DNA of 64,000 bases from a virus (IMGVR_UViG_3300018429_000060:1-64000); one strand, 5' to 3'; positions 1 to 9,994 are shown, counted from the stretch's first letter. Made by a program: numbers and translations. Notes: generated from the sequence alone by a model not told the origin.

Positions 1-471
1 CTAACGGTTGTACCGCACCGGCCACGGCACCTCGTTGCGCATCGCATTGAGCAGGAATGGGTTCGGCGGCACACCCTTCACCTGCTTGGCGAACACCAGC
101 TGTCGTTTCCCCGGCGCCGGGTGCTTCTGCCCCTGCCGCAGCGGCCCCACCGACCGCGACGCCCGGAACACCAGGTACGAACCCTTCTTCGGCCGGATCG
201 GCCCCTTGCCCGCGTACACACCGGTGCCCTGGTGCTGCCACCACATGTGCCGGGGCATGAAGATGCGGCCGGTGACCGCGCGGGCAGTGATGACGACGTC
301 GGAGCGCATCCCCGCGCGGCCGACGCCGGTGTCGACCGGCGCGCCGGCGCGGGCCGCGACCAGGGTGCGGCCGGTGTAGCGGGTGACCAACCGCACGGCC
401 GGCCCGGCCGGGCTGTTCACGTACCAGGCGAGGTTGGCCTCGTTGATGGTGACGCGGAAGCGGGAGGGCAC
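1..471 (-). CDS. HK97 gp10-like neck/tail-completion protein
   Basis: 'APVDTG' and 'HQGTG...KGVPPNPFL' motifs typical of HK97 gp10-like proteins; stop codon at 1-3. Confidence 0.65.
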   Translation of the reverse strand: MPSRFRVTINEANLAWYVNSPAGPAVRLVTRYTGRTLVAARAGAPVDTGVGRAGMRSDVVITARAVTGRIFMPRHMWWQHQGTGVYAGKGPIRPKKGSYLVFRASRSVGPLRQGQKHPAPGKRQLVFAKQVKGVPPNPFLLNAMRNEVPWPVRYNR

Positions 472-486
472 GGCCGCCGTCGAGGG

Positions 487-789
487 CTAGTTGTGGACGG
501 CCGGGTCGGCGGACAGCGCCGCGCAGCAGGAGCCGTCGCGGCGCAGGGCTCGCATCACGACGCCGACGACCTCGCGGGGGGCGTTGACGATGACGCTCAC
601 CGTCATCGGCCGGCGGCGAAACACCGCGCGGAGCAGGTCCCACCGGTTGATGGTGATCGTGGTGTTGACGAAGGGGTCGGCGATCGGCTTCTCGAAGCCG
701 AGGGTGCGGTCCCCGAGGCGGGTGGTGACGTGGAACGGGCCGTCGTCGCCGACACGGCTGCTGCTGGGCGGGGTGAGTTGAGCTGTCAT
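487..789 (-). CDS. hypothetical protein
   Basis: ATG at 789 with GAGGT RBS; non-repetitive protein-like composition. Confidence 0.5.
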   Translation of the reverse strand: MTAQLTPPSSSRVGDDGPFHVTTRLGDRTLGFEKPIADPFVNTTITINRWDLLRAVFRRRPMTVSVIVNAPREVVGVVMRALRRDGSCCAALSADPAVHN

Positions 790-865
790 ACCTCGCATGA
801 TCGGTGCGCGGCCGCCGGTACGGCGGGCGGCGGGCGGGCGACCAGGCGGGATCCGGGGGCGAAGT

Positions 866-1207
866 TCACCCGGCCGGGCCGCCGTGGCGGGCGCCCCTGC
901 CGCTGCTGGTGGTGATGCAATGACGACCTCGGCGGCGGGCGGCGTAAGCCCCCCAGCGAGTGGTCCCCCAGCACGTCACGAGGTCCAAGTTCCCCCTTGG
1001 CCTCGTGGCCGGACCCGTCCACGCGGCCCGCTGCCGAGAACCCTCCCCCAGAGCCTCGCGGTAGGCGTGGGTGCGCCGGCAGTTGCAGCAGTCCACCAGC
1101 CGCGTCCCGCGCGTCGTGGTGGCCACGCCGCTGGGCCAGCGTCGGTGGCAGCGGCACGCGGGCAGCGTTCCCCGGCGGCCGACCCCGAGGTGGACCCGGC
1201 CGCTCAC
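866..1207 (-). CDS. small Cys-rich hypothetical protein
   Basis: GTG overlaps the stop of the upstream ORF (GTGA); CxC and CCxC motifs. Confidence 0.35.
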   Translation of the reverse strand: MSGRVHLGVGRRGTLPACRCHRRWPSGVATTTRGTRLVDCCNCRRTHAYREALGEGSRQRAAWTGPATRPRGNLDLVTCWGTTRWGAYAARRRGRHCITTSSGRGARHGGPAG

Positions 1208-1431
1208 CCCGGTGCCGACAGCCGCTGACCCTGGGGTGGATCGCACGGCGCGGCCGGCGGGTGGGGCTGATGCGGCCCCAGCTGCGAGTCGCCGGTCGGC
1301 CAGTGACAGCAGCCGCAGTACCGGTGGGCGATGTCGTGCGGGTTCGGCGAGCAGCAGTGGCACACCGGACACCGGAACACCGGCGCGTCGGCAGCGCCGG
1401 TCGACCCCACGATGATCCCGGCGGTGATCAC
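1204..1431 (-). CDS. small Zn-binding-like protein
   Basis: CPVC...NPHD...YCGCCH motif; GTGA coupling to both neighbours. Confidence 0.5.
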   Translation of the reverse strand: MITAGIIVGSTGAADAPVFRCPVCHCCSPNPHDIAHRYCGCCHWPTGDSQLGPHQPHPPAAPCDPPQGQRLSAPG

Positions 1432-1688
1432 GGCAGCCCGGCGGCGGCCCGCGACAGCCGGTCCTGCTGCTGACGGTAGGCCGGATCGAGCTGCCGGCGG
1501 GTGCATTCGGTCTCGTCGTGGATGCCGCCGAACAGGTCCGGCTGTTGCTGCTCGACGGCTGACCACCCGCAGGACGCGCAGCCCAGCAGGACGACCTGGT
1601 CGCAGCTGCGCGACCGACAGGCCATCAGCGTGCCGCGGCGCACCTGCGGCGGTAGCACCGCCGCCGGCGTGGTGGTCGGCCTGGTCAC
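1428..1688 (-). CDS. small Cys-rich hypothetical protein
   Basis: CxxxxC and CxxC motifs; coupled to the downstream ORF. Confidence 0.45.
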   Translation of the reverse strand: MTRPTTTPAAVLPPQVRRGTLMACRSRSCDQVVLLGCASCGWSAVEQQQPDLFGGIHDETECTRRQLDPAYRQQQDRLSRAAAGLP

Positions 1689-1755
1689 GCGCTCGACGGT
1701 ACGGCGCTGTCCGCAGCGGCGACCAGCGCGACGCCCCCGATCGGGGGCCTGGTGG

Positions 1756-2988
1756 TCAGAGCATCTGCAGGCCCGCGTGGACGCGCTGCAGCAGATCCAG
1801 CGTCACGTCCCCGAGGCCGGCGTCGGTGTGCAGCGACCAGCCCTGCGAGTGCCAGACCGTCTGTCCCGCGTGGGTGACCCGCAGCCCGAACTCGGTCGGC
1901 ACCGGATGCCCCAGCTCGCACCACAGCTGGTAGGCGGCCTCGACCACGGCCCACAGGTTGGTGGGGCCGGCATGGCGCACCAGGTGACCGGTGGCCGGGG
2001 TGGCGTCGTCGCCCAGGATCGCCTCGGCCCACGACCCGTCCGGGCCGATCACGGTAGCGATGGCACCGTCGGCGGTGGCGCTGTAGCCGCAGCGGCCGCC
2101 CTGCAGGTGCAGCTGGCAGAAGAACCCGAACGCCTGGTCGCGCAGCATCGCCGGCGACACCGCGGTGGTGAACTCGCCGTCCGCGGGCCGAGCACGCAAC
2201 CCGAGCTCGGCCGGGCGGCCCATGTTGCCGCCGCGGACCGCCAGCGCCGGGTAGCCCAGGAACACCCCGGACGCGTCACCGCGGTCGGTCACCGCCAGGC
2301 GGGCCAGGACACCGTGCGCCGCGGTGCCCAGATCGGCCACGATCAGCCCGCCGTGCACCACCTGCTGGACCCAGGCGTGAGGCAGCACCCCGGCGTGGTT
2401 GGTGGCGAGGACCCGGTCGAACGGAGCCTGCGCCGGCCAGCCCAGCTCCGGCTCGCCGCAGGCCAGCCGCGGCTGCCAGCCCAGGGCGGTCAGGCGGGCG
2501 TGCGCGGCCAGCAGCTGGGCCTCGTCGGTGTCGACGGAGAAGACGCCGGGGTCGCCGACGCGGTGGCACAGCAGCGCCGTGGTGTAGCCGGTGCCGGTGC
2601 CGACCTCCAGCACCCGAAGCCCGGTGCGCAGGTCGAGGTCCTGCAGCATCCGTGCCACCAGGCCCGGCCGCGGCGCGGTGCGGGTCACCGCCGGCGTCGA
2701 CGAGCCGCCGATGCCGGGGCCGAGCTGCACAGGCAGCTGCTCGTCGGCGTAGACCAGGTCCAGCCAGCGGCCGACGTGCTCCGGCCGGGAGCCGTCGAGG
2801 ACGCCCCAGTCGGCGCCGTTGACCCGCCGGAACACCTGCAGGGCGAAGAGGTGTCGCGGGACCAGCTGCAACGCCGTCCGCAGGTGCGGGTCGTCCATCA
2901 ACCCACGCTGGGCCAGGTGGTCGGCCAGGTCCGCGGCCCGTCGCCGCCACTGCGGCAACGGCACCTGCGGTGCGGCTCTGTCTCCCAT
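1756..2988 (-). CDS. protein-L-isoaspartate O-methyltransferase (PIMT) family, RiPP-associated type
   Basis: VPRHLF, VLEVGTGTGYTTALL SAM motif, APFDRVL, and long C-terminal 'PDGSWA...LW...W...G.P...FGLRV' extension. Confidence 0.85.
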   Translation of the reverse strand: MGDRAAPQVPLPQWRRRAADLADHLAQRGLMDDPHLRTALQLVPRHLFALQVFRRVNGADWGVLDGSRPEHVGRWLDLVYADEQLPVQLGPGIGGSSTPAVTRTAPRPGLVARMLQDLDLRTGLRVLEVGTGTGYTTALLCHRVGDPGVFSVDTDEAQLLAAHARLTALGWQPRLACGEPELGWPAQAPFDRVLATNHAGVLPHAWVQQVVHGGLIVADLGTAAHGVLARLAVTDRGDASGVFLGYPALAVRGGNMGRPAELGLRARPADGEFTTAVSPAMLRDQAFGFFCQLHLQGGRCGYSATADGAIATVIGPDGSWAEAILGDDATPATGHLVRHAGPTNLWAVVEAAYQLWCELGHPVPTEFGLRVTHAGQTVWHSQGWSLHTDAGLGDVTLDLLQRVHAGLQML

Positions 2989-3001
2989 ACGGGAACCCCC
3001 T

Positions 3002-3319
3002 TCACATCAGTGGGACGGTGGCGAGCGCCCGGCCGGCGACCAACAGGGCGGCGACGTCGACGGGGTGCGGCTCGGTTCGGCTCTGCGCCGGCAGCAGGTC
3101 CTGCGCGGGCAGCACGTAGGGCCGCACCTCCATCGCCGGGCACGGCGGCTCGCACAGCAGGCAGCCGCAGTACACCCGCAGCAGCTGCACCTGACGGCCG
3201 TCGCCGGCGGTGAACCACTCCAGCTCCGGCCGCGTCCACGGGTGCTGGTCGAACATGCACAGCGAACACAGCGCCCGGTGGTCGGTGGCCGCGGCGTCGT
3301 CGACGAGGAGCAGGGTCAT
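3002..3319 (-). CDS. hypothetical protein (Cys-rich)
   Basis: ATGA coupling to upstream ORF; CxxC and CxCxxC motifs. Confidence 0.55.
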   Translation of the reverse strand: MTLLLVDDAAATDHRALCSLCMFDQHPWTRPELEWFTAGDGRQVQLLRVYCGCLLCEPPCPAMEVRPYVLPAQDLLPAQSRTEPHPVDVAALLVAGRALATVPLM

Positions 3320-3681
3320 CGCCGGTCGACGGTGAACAGCGAGTCATGGAAGTCGGGGAGGTCGGCGGCGCCGGGCAGTTCGCGATGGTGGGCTCGCACC
3401 ACGGCGCAGGCGAAGTCCCAGCGCATCGTGTGCAGCGCGGGCGCCACGTGCGCCGGCCAGTCCAGCAGTTCGGCGTCGCGGTAGCTGCTCCGCGCGCAGG
3501 CGACCAGCCGCCGGGCGCGGAGGCCGTAGCCGGCGACCGGCGCGAGGGGGTTGCCGTGCCAGGCGAGCGCGCACGCCACCAGCAATGCCGCCGTGACGCC
3601 GTCGGGGAGGTCGTCGGGTTCATCGGATTCATCGGGCTCGACGGGCTCGGCTGGCTCGTCCGTCTCGGCCGCGGCGGTCAT
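3316..3681 (-). CDS. hypothetical protein with acidic N-terminus
   Basis: ATG at 3681 overlaps the stop of the small upstream ORF; AETDEPAEPVEPDESDEPDD segment. Confidence 0.55.
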   Translation of the reverse strand: MTAAAETDEPAEPVEPDESDEPDDLPDGVTAALLVACALAWHGNPLAPVAGYGLRARRLVACARSSYRDAELLDWPAHVAPALHTMRWDFACAVVRAHHRELPGAADLPDFHDSLFTVDRR

Positions 3682-3848
3682 CGCGGCACAGCCGCGGCGG
3701 CACCGATCCTGTGGGGCCACCGGACGAACCCGTGCTGGCACTCGTAGGTACCCGGCAGGTCGGGCAGCAGCGACCAGGTGCCGCAGCAGTGGCCAGTGGG
3801 GTGGGTCCATCTCAGCGGCTGGCACTGGGTCATCGCAGCGACGCGCAT
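3678..3848 (-). CDS. 56-aa Cys/His-containing peptide (not in ORF track)
   Basis: GAGGGA RBS then ATG at 3848; MRVAAMTQCQPLRWTHPTGHCCGTWSLLPDLPGTYECQHGFVRWPHRIGAAAAVPR; stop overlaps the next ATG. Confidence 0.5.
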   Translation of the reverse strand: MRVAAMTQCQPLRWTHPTGHCCGTWSLLPDLPGTYECQHGFVRWPHRIGAAAAVPR

Positions 3849-4111
3849 GGCGGTCGACTCCCTCGGACGGCGCCCCGCGTCGACAGACCGCTGATCCCCT
3901 GGAACGGGCTTCCCCGATCAGGGGGCGTCGACGAAGAAACCCGAACTCGCCACGGACCCGGCGGCACGCACTCCCTGTGTGCCGTCGACGCGGGGCACCC
4001 GGTGTCCGGGCCAGTTCTCGGCCCGAACGGTGCGAGCTGCGCGGGTGCGGCTCGCATGATCAGCTTCCGAGTCGGTGCCGCGCCAGGCCAGTCCCGCCGG
4101 TGCTCCTGCGA

Positions 4112-4135
4112 GGGGATACCCCGGTGGGATACCCC
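4112..4135. promoter_or_regulatory. tandem operator-like boxes GGGATACCCC x2
   Basis: direct repeat at 4113-4122 and 4126-4135, near-palindromic (GGGG-ATA-CCCC), between divergent genes. Confidence 0.5.
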
Positions 4136-4196
4136 GCTCGGATGAGCACAGTGCGGCCGTATGATCACCCTGGGTTAAGCCGAAAGGGGGCAGCTC

Positions 4197-5573
4197 ATGG
4201 GCGGACCGCAGGGCCCAGAGCATGTGCCGGCCGAGTTCTGGACTCGTTCTGACGTGCGGGAGGCGCTGCCCCGCCGCGACATCGGCACCCTGTTTCTGTT
4301 GCTGGGCCGTTACACTGGGGCAAGTCAGACGTGGATCGGCAACCGGACCGGCATCCCTCAGAACAAGGTGTCGGGGATCGTGGCCGGTACGCGCCGGGTC
4401 GCCGCGATCGACGTTCTGGAGCGCATCGCCGACGGCCTTCACATGCCAGACGACGCGCGCCACCGGCTGGGTCTGGCGTCGCAGCAGCGGCGGCAGGTTG
4501 GGGACGCGGCTCAGGAGGACACCACGAAGCGGCGCGATCTACTCGCCCTCGGCGCGACCGTGATGGCCGCCCCGACGACCGTCCTCGGCCTGCTCGGCGA
4601 CTACGCGGCCGAGGCCCTGGACTTCACCCGTGCCAGCCTCATGTCCGCTGTCGGCGCCGGCACCCTGAGCCACCTGTCCGCGGCGATCGCCACCCTGGAC
4701 CGGGCCTGGGAAACCCCGGCCGCCCCGGCCGCCGAGACGTTCGCCGTGGTGCGCGACTACCGCCGACGCGTCGCCGAGTTCATCGCCGGCCGGCACACCC
4801 TCGCCGAGGGCCGCGAGCTGTACGTGCACGCCGGCTGGTTGTCGGAGTACCTGGCCTGGACCGCGCTGCAGCTGGGACAGCCGCGCGCCGCCGAGGCGTA
4901 CGCGATCGACAGCTACCTGCACGCCACCGAGGTCGGCCACCCGGCGTTGGCCGCGTGGGCCTGTCAGGCGCTGTCCTGCACCCAGCTCTACAGCGGTCAG
5001 CACGACAAGGCCATCGAGGCCGCCCGCCGGGGTATCGCCGCCGCCCCGGCCGGACATCCGTTGGCCGCGCAGCTCAACGCGCACGCCGCCCGGCTGCACG
5101 CCGTCCGCGGCGACCGCGACTCCAGCCTGGCGCTGCTGGGCACGGCGCAGCGCCTCGGCGAGGGCATCACCGGGCAGACGTCGCGGCCGTCCGGGGTCTC
5201 CGGCCAGGACCTCAACTGGCTCAACATGAGCCGCTACGTCACCACCGCCTACGTGTGGCTCGGTGACCCACGCAAGGCCCGCTGGCACGCCGAGACGACA
5301 CTGGCCCTGCACCAGAGCGGGCCGGTGCAGACGGTCAACGAGCAGATCACCCGCATCGACCTGGCCCTGGCCATGGTCGGCCTCGGCGAACCGGAGCGGG
5401 CCGCCGCGTACGGCACCGAGGCGTTGACCGCGTCCCGGTCCGCGCACCCCGTCGTCAGCCGCGCCGGCGACCTGAACAGCGCGTTGATGACCAGCTATCC
5501 GCAGCACCCCGATACGCGGGCGTTCGGTGAGTTGTTCACCGACACCCGTCGGCGGGTCGCCGAGGTCGCTTAA
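4197..5573 (+). CDS. XRE-family HTH transcriptional regulator with helical C-terminal domain
   Basis: N-terminal HTH (SQTWIGNRTGIPQNKVSGIV...VLERIADGL), 'KRRDLL' linker and TPR-like helices typical of actinobacterial XRE proteins; AAAGGGGG RBS. Confidence 0.85.
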   Translation: MGGPQGPEHVPAEFWTRSDVREALPRRDIGTLFLLLGRYTGASQTWIGNRTGIPQNKVSGIVAGTRRVAAIDVLERIADGLHMPDDARHRLGLASQQRRQVGDAAQEDTTKRRDLLALGATVMAAPTTVLGLLGDYAAEALDFTRASLMSAVGAGTLSHLSAAIATLDRAWETPAAPAAETFAVVRDYRRRVAEFIAGRHTLAEGRELYVHAGWLSEYLAWTALQLGQPRAAEAYAIDSYLHATEVGHPALAAWACQALSCTQLYSGQHDKAIEAARRGIAAAPAGHPLAAQLNAHAARLHAVRGDRDSSLALLGTAQRLGEGITGQTSRPSGVSGQDLNWLNMSRYVTTAYVWLGDPRKARWHAETTLALHQSGPVQTVNEQITRIDLALAMVGLGEPERAAAYGTEALTASRSAHPVVSRAGDLNSALMTSYPQHPDTRAFGELFTDTRRRVAEVA

Positions 5574-5674
5574 CTACCTACCTGTGAACATCACAATCGC
5601 GGGCAGCGGCATACTTGCCGGCGTCACCGTCCTGGTCGACGCCGAGCCTGCTGCGAAAGGCCGAGTCCGCGCCC

Positions 5675-6223
5675 ATGTCAGACCCCGACGAGCGCCGTGA
5701 GTTCGCCGGCCTGGAGTCCAGGATCGTCGACACCGACGAGATCGGCAGGCTCTGCGAGGCGGCGCTCGGCGCCGAGCTGGCCCGCAAACCCGACGTCACC
5801 GTCGCCATCCTGGACGGGATCAGGCAGGACCACGGCACGGCCGGGTGCGCCGTCGCCGCCGGCCGGCTCGCCTCCCTGGCCATCACCGGGATGCAGCACT
5901 CCTGCCACCCCCAGAGCCGCGTCCTGGTCAGCCTGGACCAGGCCCGACCGGACCCGCAGCTGGAGCACTACACCGCGCTCGTGTCGGAGATCCTGTCCGG
6001 CGCCCTGAACGGCAACGGTGTCCAGCTGACCGTTGCCCTGAACAACCTGAGCGACCTCGACCCGATCCCCGCGCTGGTGCTGCTGGTCAAGTGGGCGGCG
6101 CAGCGGATCGAGCTCATCGCGGCGCTGCAGGGCGACGCGTTCGACCGGTACGACGCGTGGCAGCGCGAGCGCGCCGAGGCCGCCGCGGCCGACGACGCGG
6201 CGCTAAACCACCCAGACCGGTAG
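5675..6223 (+). CDS. hypothetical protein
   Basis: GC3-rich ORF with helical composition. Confidence 0.55.
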   Translation: MSDPDERREFAGLESRIVDTDEIGRLCEAALGAELARKPDVTVAILDGIRQDHGTAGCAVAAGRLASLAITGMQHSCHPQSRVLVSLDQARPDPQLEHYTALVSEILSGALNGNGVQLTVALNNLSDLDPIPALVLLVKWAAQRIELIAALQGDAFDRYDAWQRERAEAAAADDAALNHPDR

Positions 6224-6298
6224 TTATCACAGAAGGACCGCCAGCTCACAGCCCGGACGTGACAGAGCGCTACCCCGCTGCTGCGTAGGGTCGCGGCT

Positions 6299-6745
6299 AT
6301 GGACGTGATCGCCGCAGTCATCGTGATCACCGGAGCAGCGGCCCGGCTCACCCGCCTGACCACCCGCGACAAGATCACCACCGATGCGAGGTCATGGCTA
6401 CACAACCTCCTGCTGTTCAACCGGGCCCAGCGCCGGGCCCGCGCCGCCGCCGAACCCATGCCACCGGCCCGGTCACCGCGCAGCGCACGAGTGCGGGTGT
6501 GGCTGCACACGCTGGTCATCTGCGACTGGTGCGTCGGCTTCTGGTGGTCAGCGGTCGTCGGCGCACTCGGCAAGATGTGGGTGTGGCAGCACGTCGAATG
6601 GGCCTTGATCGCCATGATCGTCGGCACCGCGGCCTACCTGGTGGGTTGGCTCGCCGAGCGTGAGCAGCCAGGACCGTCGGTCGTCGTGTCCCCGCAGTGC
6701 GAACCCGCCGCCGCCCGCGGGCACGGCGCACCACCGTCCACCTAG
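6299..6745 (+). CDS. DUF1360-like membrane protein
   Basis: 'ARLTRLTTRDKIT' and 'LVICDWCVGFWW' motifs with hydrophobic helices. Confidence 0.7.
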   Translation: MDVIAAVIVITGAAARLTRLTTRDKITTDARSWLHNLLLFNRAQRRARAAAEPMPPARSPRSARVRVWLHTLVICDWCVGFWWSAVVGALGKMWVWQHVEWALIAMIVGTAAYLVGWLAEREQPGPSVVVSPQCEPAAARGHGAPPST

Positions 6746-6848
6746 GCCGACCGACCCCAACGTCCGCAGCCCCCGAGCCTGCCAACCCATCGACACCGCG
6801 CCGACATCCCTGTAGCCACCGACCACCGCCCGGACCCCGCGCGGTCGA

Positions 6849-7286
6849 TTGCCGAGGAAGCGCCAACCCGTGCCAGTCACCACCGATCAGCAGGCTGCCC
6901 ACGTACACCCACAACCACTCGCACCGTGGGTCGTGGCGTACGCCGAGATGGCCGTCCTGCACGTGCTCGACACCGTCGGCGGGCGCCTGCTGCGCCGCGC
7001 CGGCCGCTCTGTCCGCCACCACAGCAACCGACTCCGCGAGGTCGACCGACACCGCCGGCACACCGTGATCCCCGCCCAGGCCGACGCCCTCGATGAGCTG
7101 ATGCGCGACACCCTGCGGTTCTTCGACGCCACCGCACCGGCCATCACCGACGACACCACGGCGTCCTGCGTACGCCAGGCCATCACCACCTACCTCCGGG
7201 ACCTGATCACCGACGGCCGGGAGCACGACCGCAGCAACCTGCAGCGGATGATCGTCGGCGCCGGGTGCCTGCAGGCCGCCGCGTAA
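6849..7286 (+). CDS. hypothetical protein, resembles the C-terminal segment of actinophage portal proteins
   Basis: 'VLHVLDTVGGRL...HT' segment; lies between the DUF1360-like and MuF genes; start uncertain. Confidence 0.4.
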   Translation: MPRKRQPVPVTTDQQAAHVHPQPLAPWVVAYAEMAVLHVLDTVGGRLLRRAGRSVRHHSNRLREVDRHRRHTVIPAQADALDELMRDTLRFFDATAPAITDDTTASCVRQAITTYLRDLITDGREHDRSNLQRMIVGAGCLQAAA

Positions 7287-7459
7287 GGGTGGCGCTGCGG
7301 CGCGGAAATACCACGGCTGCCGCGGCTGGCGCGGCGGCGTCGATGATGAAGCCGGACGAGCACGAGACGAGGGGCACTTCGGGCGTTACCCTGCTCAGCA
7401 ACTGACCGTGTCGACTGGCGCCGCGTGGCCGGACACCCCCCGAGTCGTGGTGGTGCACC

Positions 7460-9988
7460 GTGCCAGAGGACGAGCCGTGGCTGCCTGCCACCGCGCCGGC
7501 CGCCCTGGTCGCCGCCGAGCAGCGCATGATCGCGGCGGTCCGGGTGGCGTTTCGCACCTACCTCGGCGCCGTCCGCGCCGCGGTCCTGGACCACGACACC
7601 GAGGCGGTCAGCCTCGCGGTCAGTGAGCTCGCCACTGGTGTGGTGACCGCTGATGCCGACCCGGCCGAGCTGGCGCCGAACTTCGACGCCTGGCCGCCGG
7701 TGGCCGTGTGGACCGCGGCCGCTGCCGTGATGGTGCCGGTGTCGGCGGCAACGTGGGAGCAGGCGTTCACCGACACCCTCACCCCGGCGCAGGCGCTGGT
7801 GTTGTCCGGCAGCGACTACCTGGCCGAGCACCTGGCCGACACGACCACCCGCCTGACCAGCGCCACCTGGCCCGACGAGGTCTACAACGCGGTCCGCACG
7901 GTCGTCACCGAAGCCATCGTGGCCAACCGGACGCTGGCCCAGATCCGCGCCGACGTGGCGACGACGCTGGGGCTGTCCCGGTGGTCCAACCGGGCCATGG
8001 TGATCGCCCGCACCGAGGTGATGGCCGCCCACAACGGCGGCACCTGGCGGGCCGGCCTGGCCCGGCAGCAGGTGCTCGGCGAGACGCTGTTCAAGCACTG
8101 GCAGGCCACCTCGGACACCCGCACCCGGCTGGCGCACCGCGTCATCAACGGCGCCGTCGTCGCCGCTGATGAGCCGTTCCTGGTCGACGGCGTGGCCCTG
8201 AGCCGCCCGCATGACCCGCTCGCGCCCGCCGATCAGACCGTGCAGTGCCGCTGCACCCTCAACTGGCTCGACGAGGACGAGGCCGACGAGGCCCGCCGCC
8301 TGTACGCGCTGTACCTGCCCAACGTCACCGACAACGAGGGGAACCCCGTCGTGACCACAGCCACCCCCACCGCGCCGGCCGCGCCGGCGCCCGCTGCCCT
8401 GGCGCTCGCGGCGCCCGGCGTCACAGCAGCACCCGCTGCGTCGGCGGCCGCGCCGGCGGCGGACCCGGTGACCGCGGCCGCCGGCGACGGCCAGGCGCAG
8501 ACGCCGCTGTCGGGCTGGTGGGCCGGGCCGCTGCTCGCGCTGAACCACCGCACCGGCGACAGCGGCCCGGTGCCGCGGATGTTCGGCATCCCCGAGGACG
8601 GCATCTCCTCCACCGTGCACCCGTGGCTGTCCTGGCAGGAGGCGTCCGGGTTCGGCCACGAGGGCAAGGTCAGCATCGGCCGGCCCGAGGTGCTGTGGGT
8701 CGCCCCGCACCAGCTCGACGGCGTCGACGTCGAGCACCTGTGGGGGGCGGGCAGCTTCGACATGAGCGACCCGGTGGCCGTCGACGTCGCCCGCAAGGTC
8801 GCCGACGGGTTCGCCGGCACCGTCAGCGTCGACCCGGACTCCGCGCAGGTGGAGCTGCGCTGGCTCGACGCCGACGGCAAGGAGGTCGACGAGCCCGACG
8901 AGGACGACATCTGGGCGTTCCTGGAAGGCGAGGACATCGGCTGCGCCCCGGTCGACTTCTTCCACACGTGGCGTTTCGCCGGCACCACCCTGGTCCAGGA
9001 CCCGGCGTTCCACACCGGCTGGGTCCAGGTCACCGACACCCCACCGGCCGAGCTCGCCGGCGACAACGCCGTGTGGACCCGCGACGTCGCCGGCGCTGTC
9101 ACCGCCTCGGCCGCCGTGGCGCCGCCCACCGGGCAGGTCGGGTCGCAGCACTGGTGCGAACAGGTCGCGGCCGCGGTGCCGTGGGAGCCGCCGGCGGCGT
9201 TCTTCACCAACCCGCAGCTGACCGGCCCGACCAAGGTCACGGTGACCGGCGACGGCCGCGTCCACGGCCACGTCGCCCGCTGGGACACCCTGCACGAGAC
9301 CGTGCGGATCCCGCCGCCGCGGTGCCCGCTCGGCGGCACCTACGCGAAGTTCCACCGCCACCCGGTCACCACCGCCGACGGCCACACGGTGCTCACCGGG
9401 CCGCTGGCCACCGGCGGCCACGCCGACACCGACCCCAGGGTCAGCCTCACCACGGCGCAGGCGCACTACGACAACCCGCTGTTCGTCCTGGCCGACGTCG
9501 TCGCCGGCGAGGACGACCACGGCATCTGGGTATCCGGGGCGCTGCGGCCGGGGGTGTCGCCGTTCCAGGTGATGCTCGCCTACCGGTACTCGTTCAGCGG
9601 CGACTGGCGCGACCAGGCGATGATCGCCGCCTGCTCCTGCTCGGTGCCGGCGTACGAGCTGCGCCACGACCAGACGGTGGTCGCGCTGGCCGCGGCGGCG
9701 GGCCCGAACCGGCCCACGCTCGCCTCGCCCCGGCAGCGGTCGCGCCGCTACCGCGACGGCAGCCTCGCCGTGCTGGTGGCCAGCGGCATCATCCGCCCCT
9801 CAGCCGGTCGTCTCACCCGCGGTGGTCGCCCGCCGTCGGCGGCCGGGCCGACCGGCTGGGACCTGTACCGGGGGTTCCAGGCAGCGGCCGCGACCGATGG
9901 CCAGGTCCGCGCCGCTCTGGGGCGGGTGGTCGGCCAGCCCGCCGCCGTCGCAGCGGCCGCGGCCCGAATGTCCCGAGAGGCCGGCTGA
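7460..9988 (+). CDS. MuF-like head morphogenesis protein fused to a putative capsid maturation domain
   Basis: 'RAMVIARTEVMAAHN', 'KHWQATSDTRTRLAH', 'QCRCT' MuF motifs; C-terminal 'GRVHGHVARW...GIWVSGALRP...SGDWR'. Confidence 0.8.
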   Translation: MPEDEPWLPATAPAALVAAEQRMIAAVRVAFRTYLGAVRAAVLDHDTEAVSLAVSELATGVVTADADPAELAPNFDAWPPVAVWTAAAAVMVPVSAATWEQAFTDTLTPAQALVLSGSDYLAEHLADTTTRLTSATWPDEVYNAVRTVVTEAIVANRTLAQIRADVATTLGLSRWSNRAMVIARTEVMAAHNGGTWRAGLARQQVLGETLFKHWQATSDTRTRLAHRVINGAVVAADEPFLVDGVALSRPHDPLAPADQTVQCRCTLNWLDEDEADEARRLYALYLPNVTDNEGNPVVTTATPTAPAAPAPAALALAAPGVTAAPAASAAAPAADPVTAAAGDGQAQTPLSGWWAGPLLALNHRTGDSGPVPRMFGIPEDGISSTVHPWLSWQEASGFGHEGKVSIGRPEVLWVAPHQLDGVDVEHLWGAGSFDMSDPVAVDVARKVADGFAGTVSVDPDSAQVELRWLDADGKEVDEPDEDDIWAFLEGEDIGCAPVDFFHTWRFAGTTLVQDPAFHTGWVQVTDTPPAELAGDNAVWTRDVAGAVTASAAVAPPTGQVGSQHWCEQVAAAVPWEPPAAFFTNPQLTGPTKVTVTGDGRVHGHVARWDTLHETVRIPPPRCPLGGTYAKFHRHPVTTADGHTVLTGPLATGGHADTDPRVSLTTAQAHYDNPLFVLADVVAGEDDHGIWVSGALRPGVSPFQVMLAYRYSFSGDWRDQAMIAACSCSVPAYELRHDQTVVALAAAAGPNRPTLASPRQRSRRYRDGSLAVLVASGIIRPSAGRLTRGGRPPSAAGPTGWDLYRGFQAAAATDGQVRAALGRVVGQPAAVAAAAARMSREAG

Positions 9989-9994
9989 ACCACC

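Noticed and set aside
7190-9667. Long antisense or alternative-frame ORFs (also 1501-3213, 16340-19021, 39001-41103, 60918-63593 and others)
   Set aside because: Arg/Pro/Gly-rich shadows of real genes caused by high GC3
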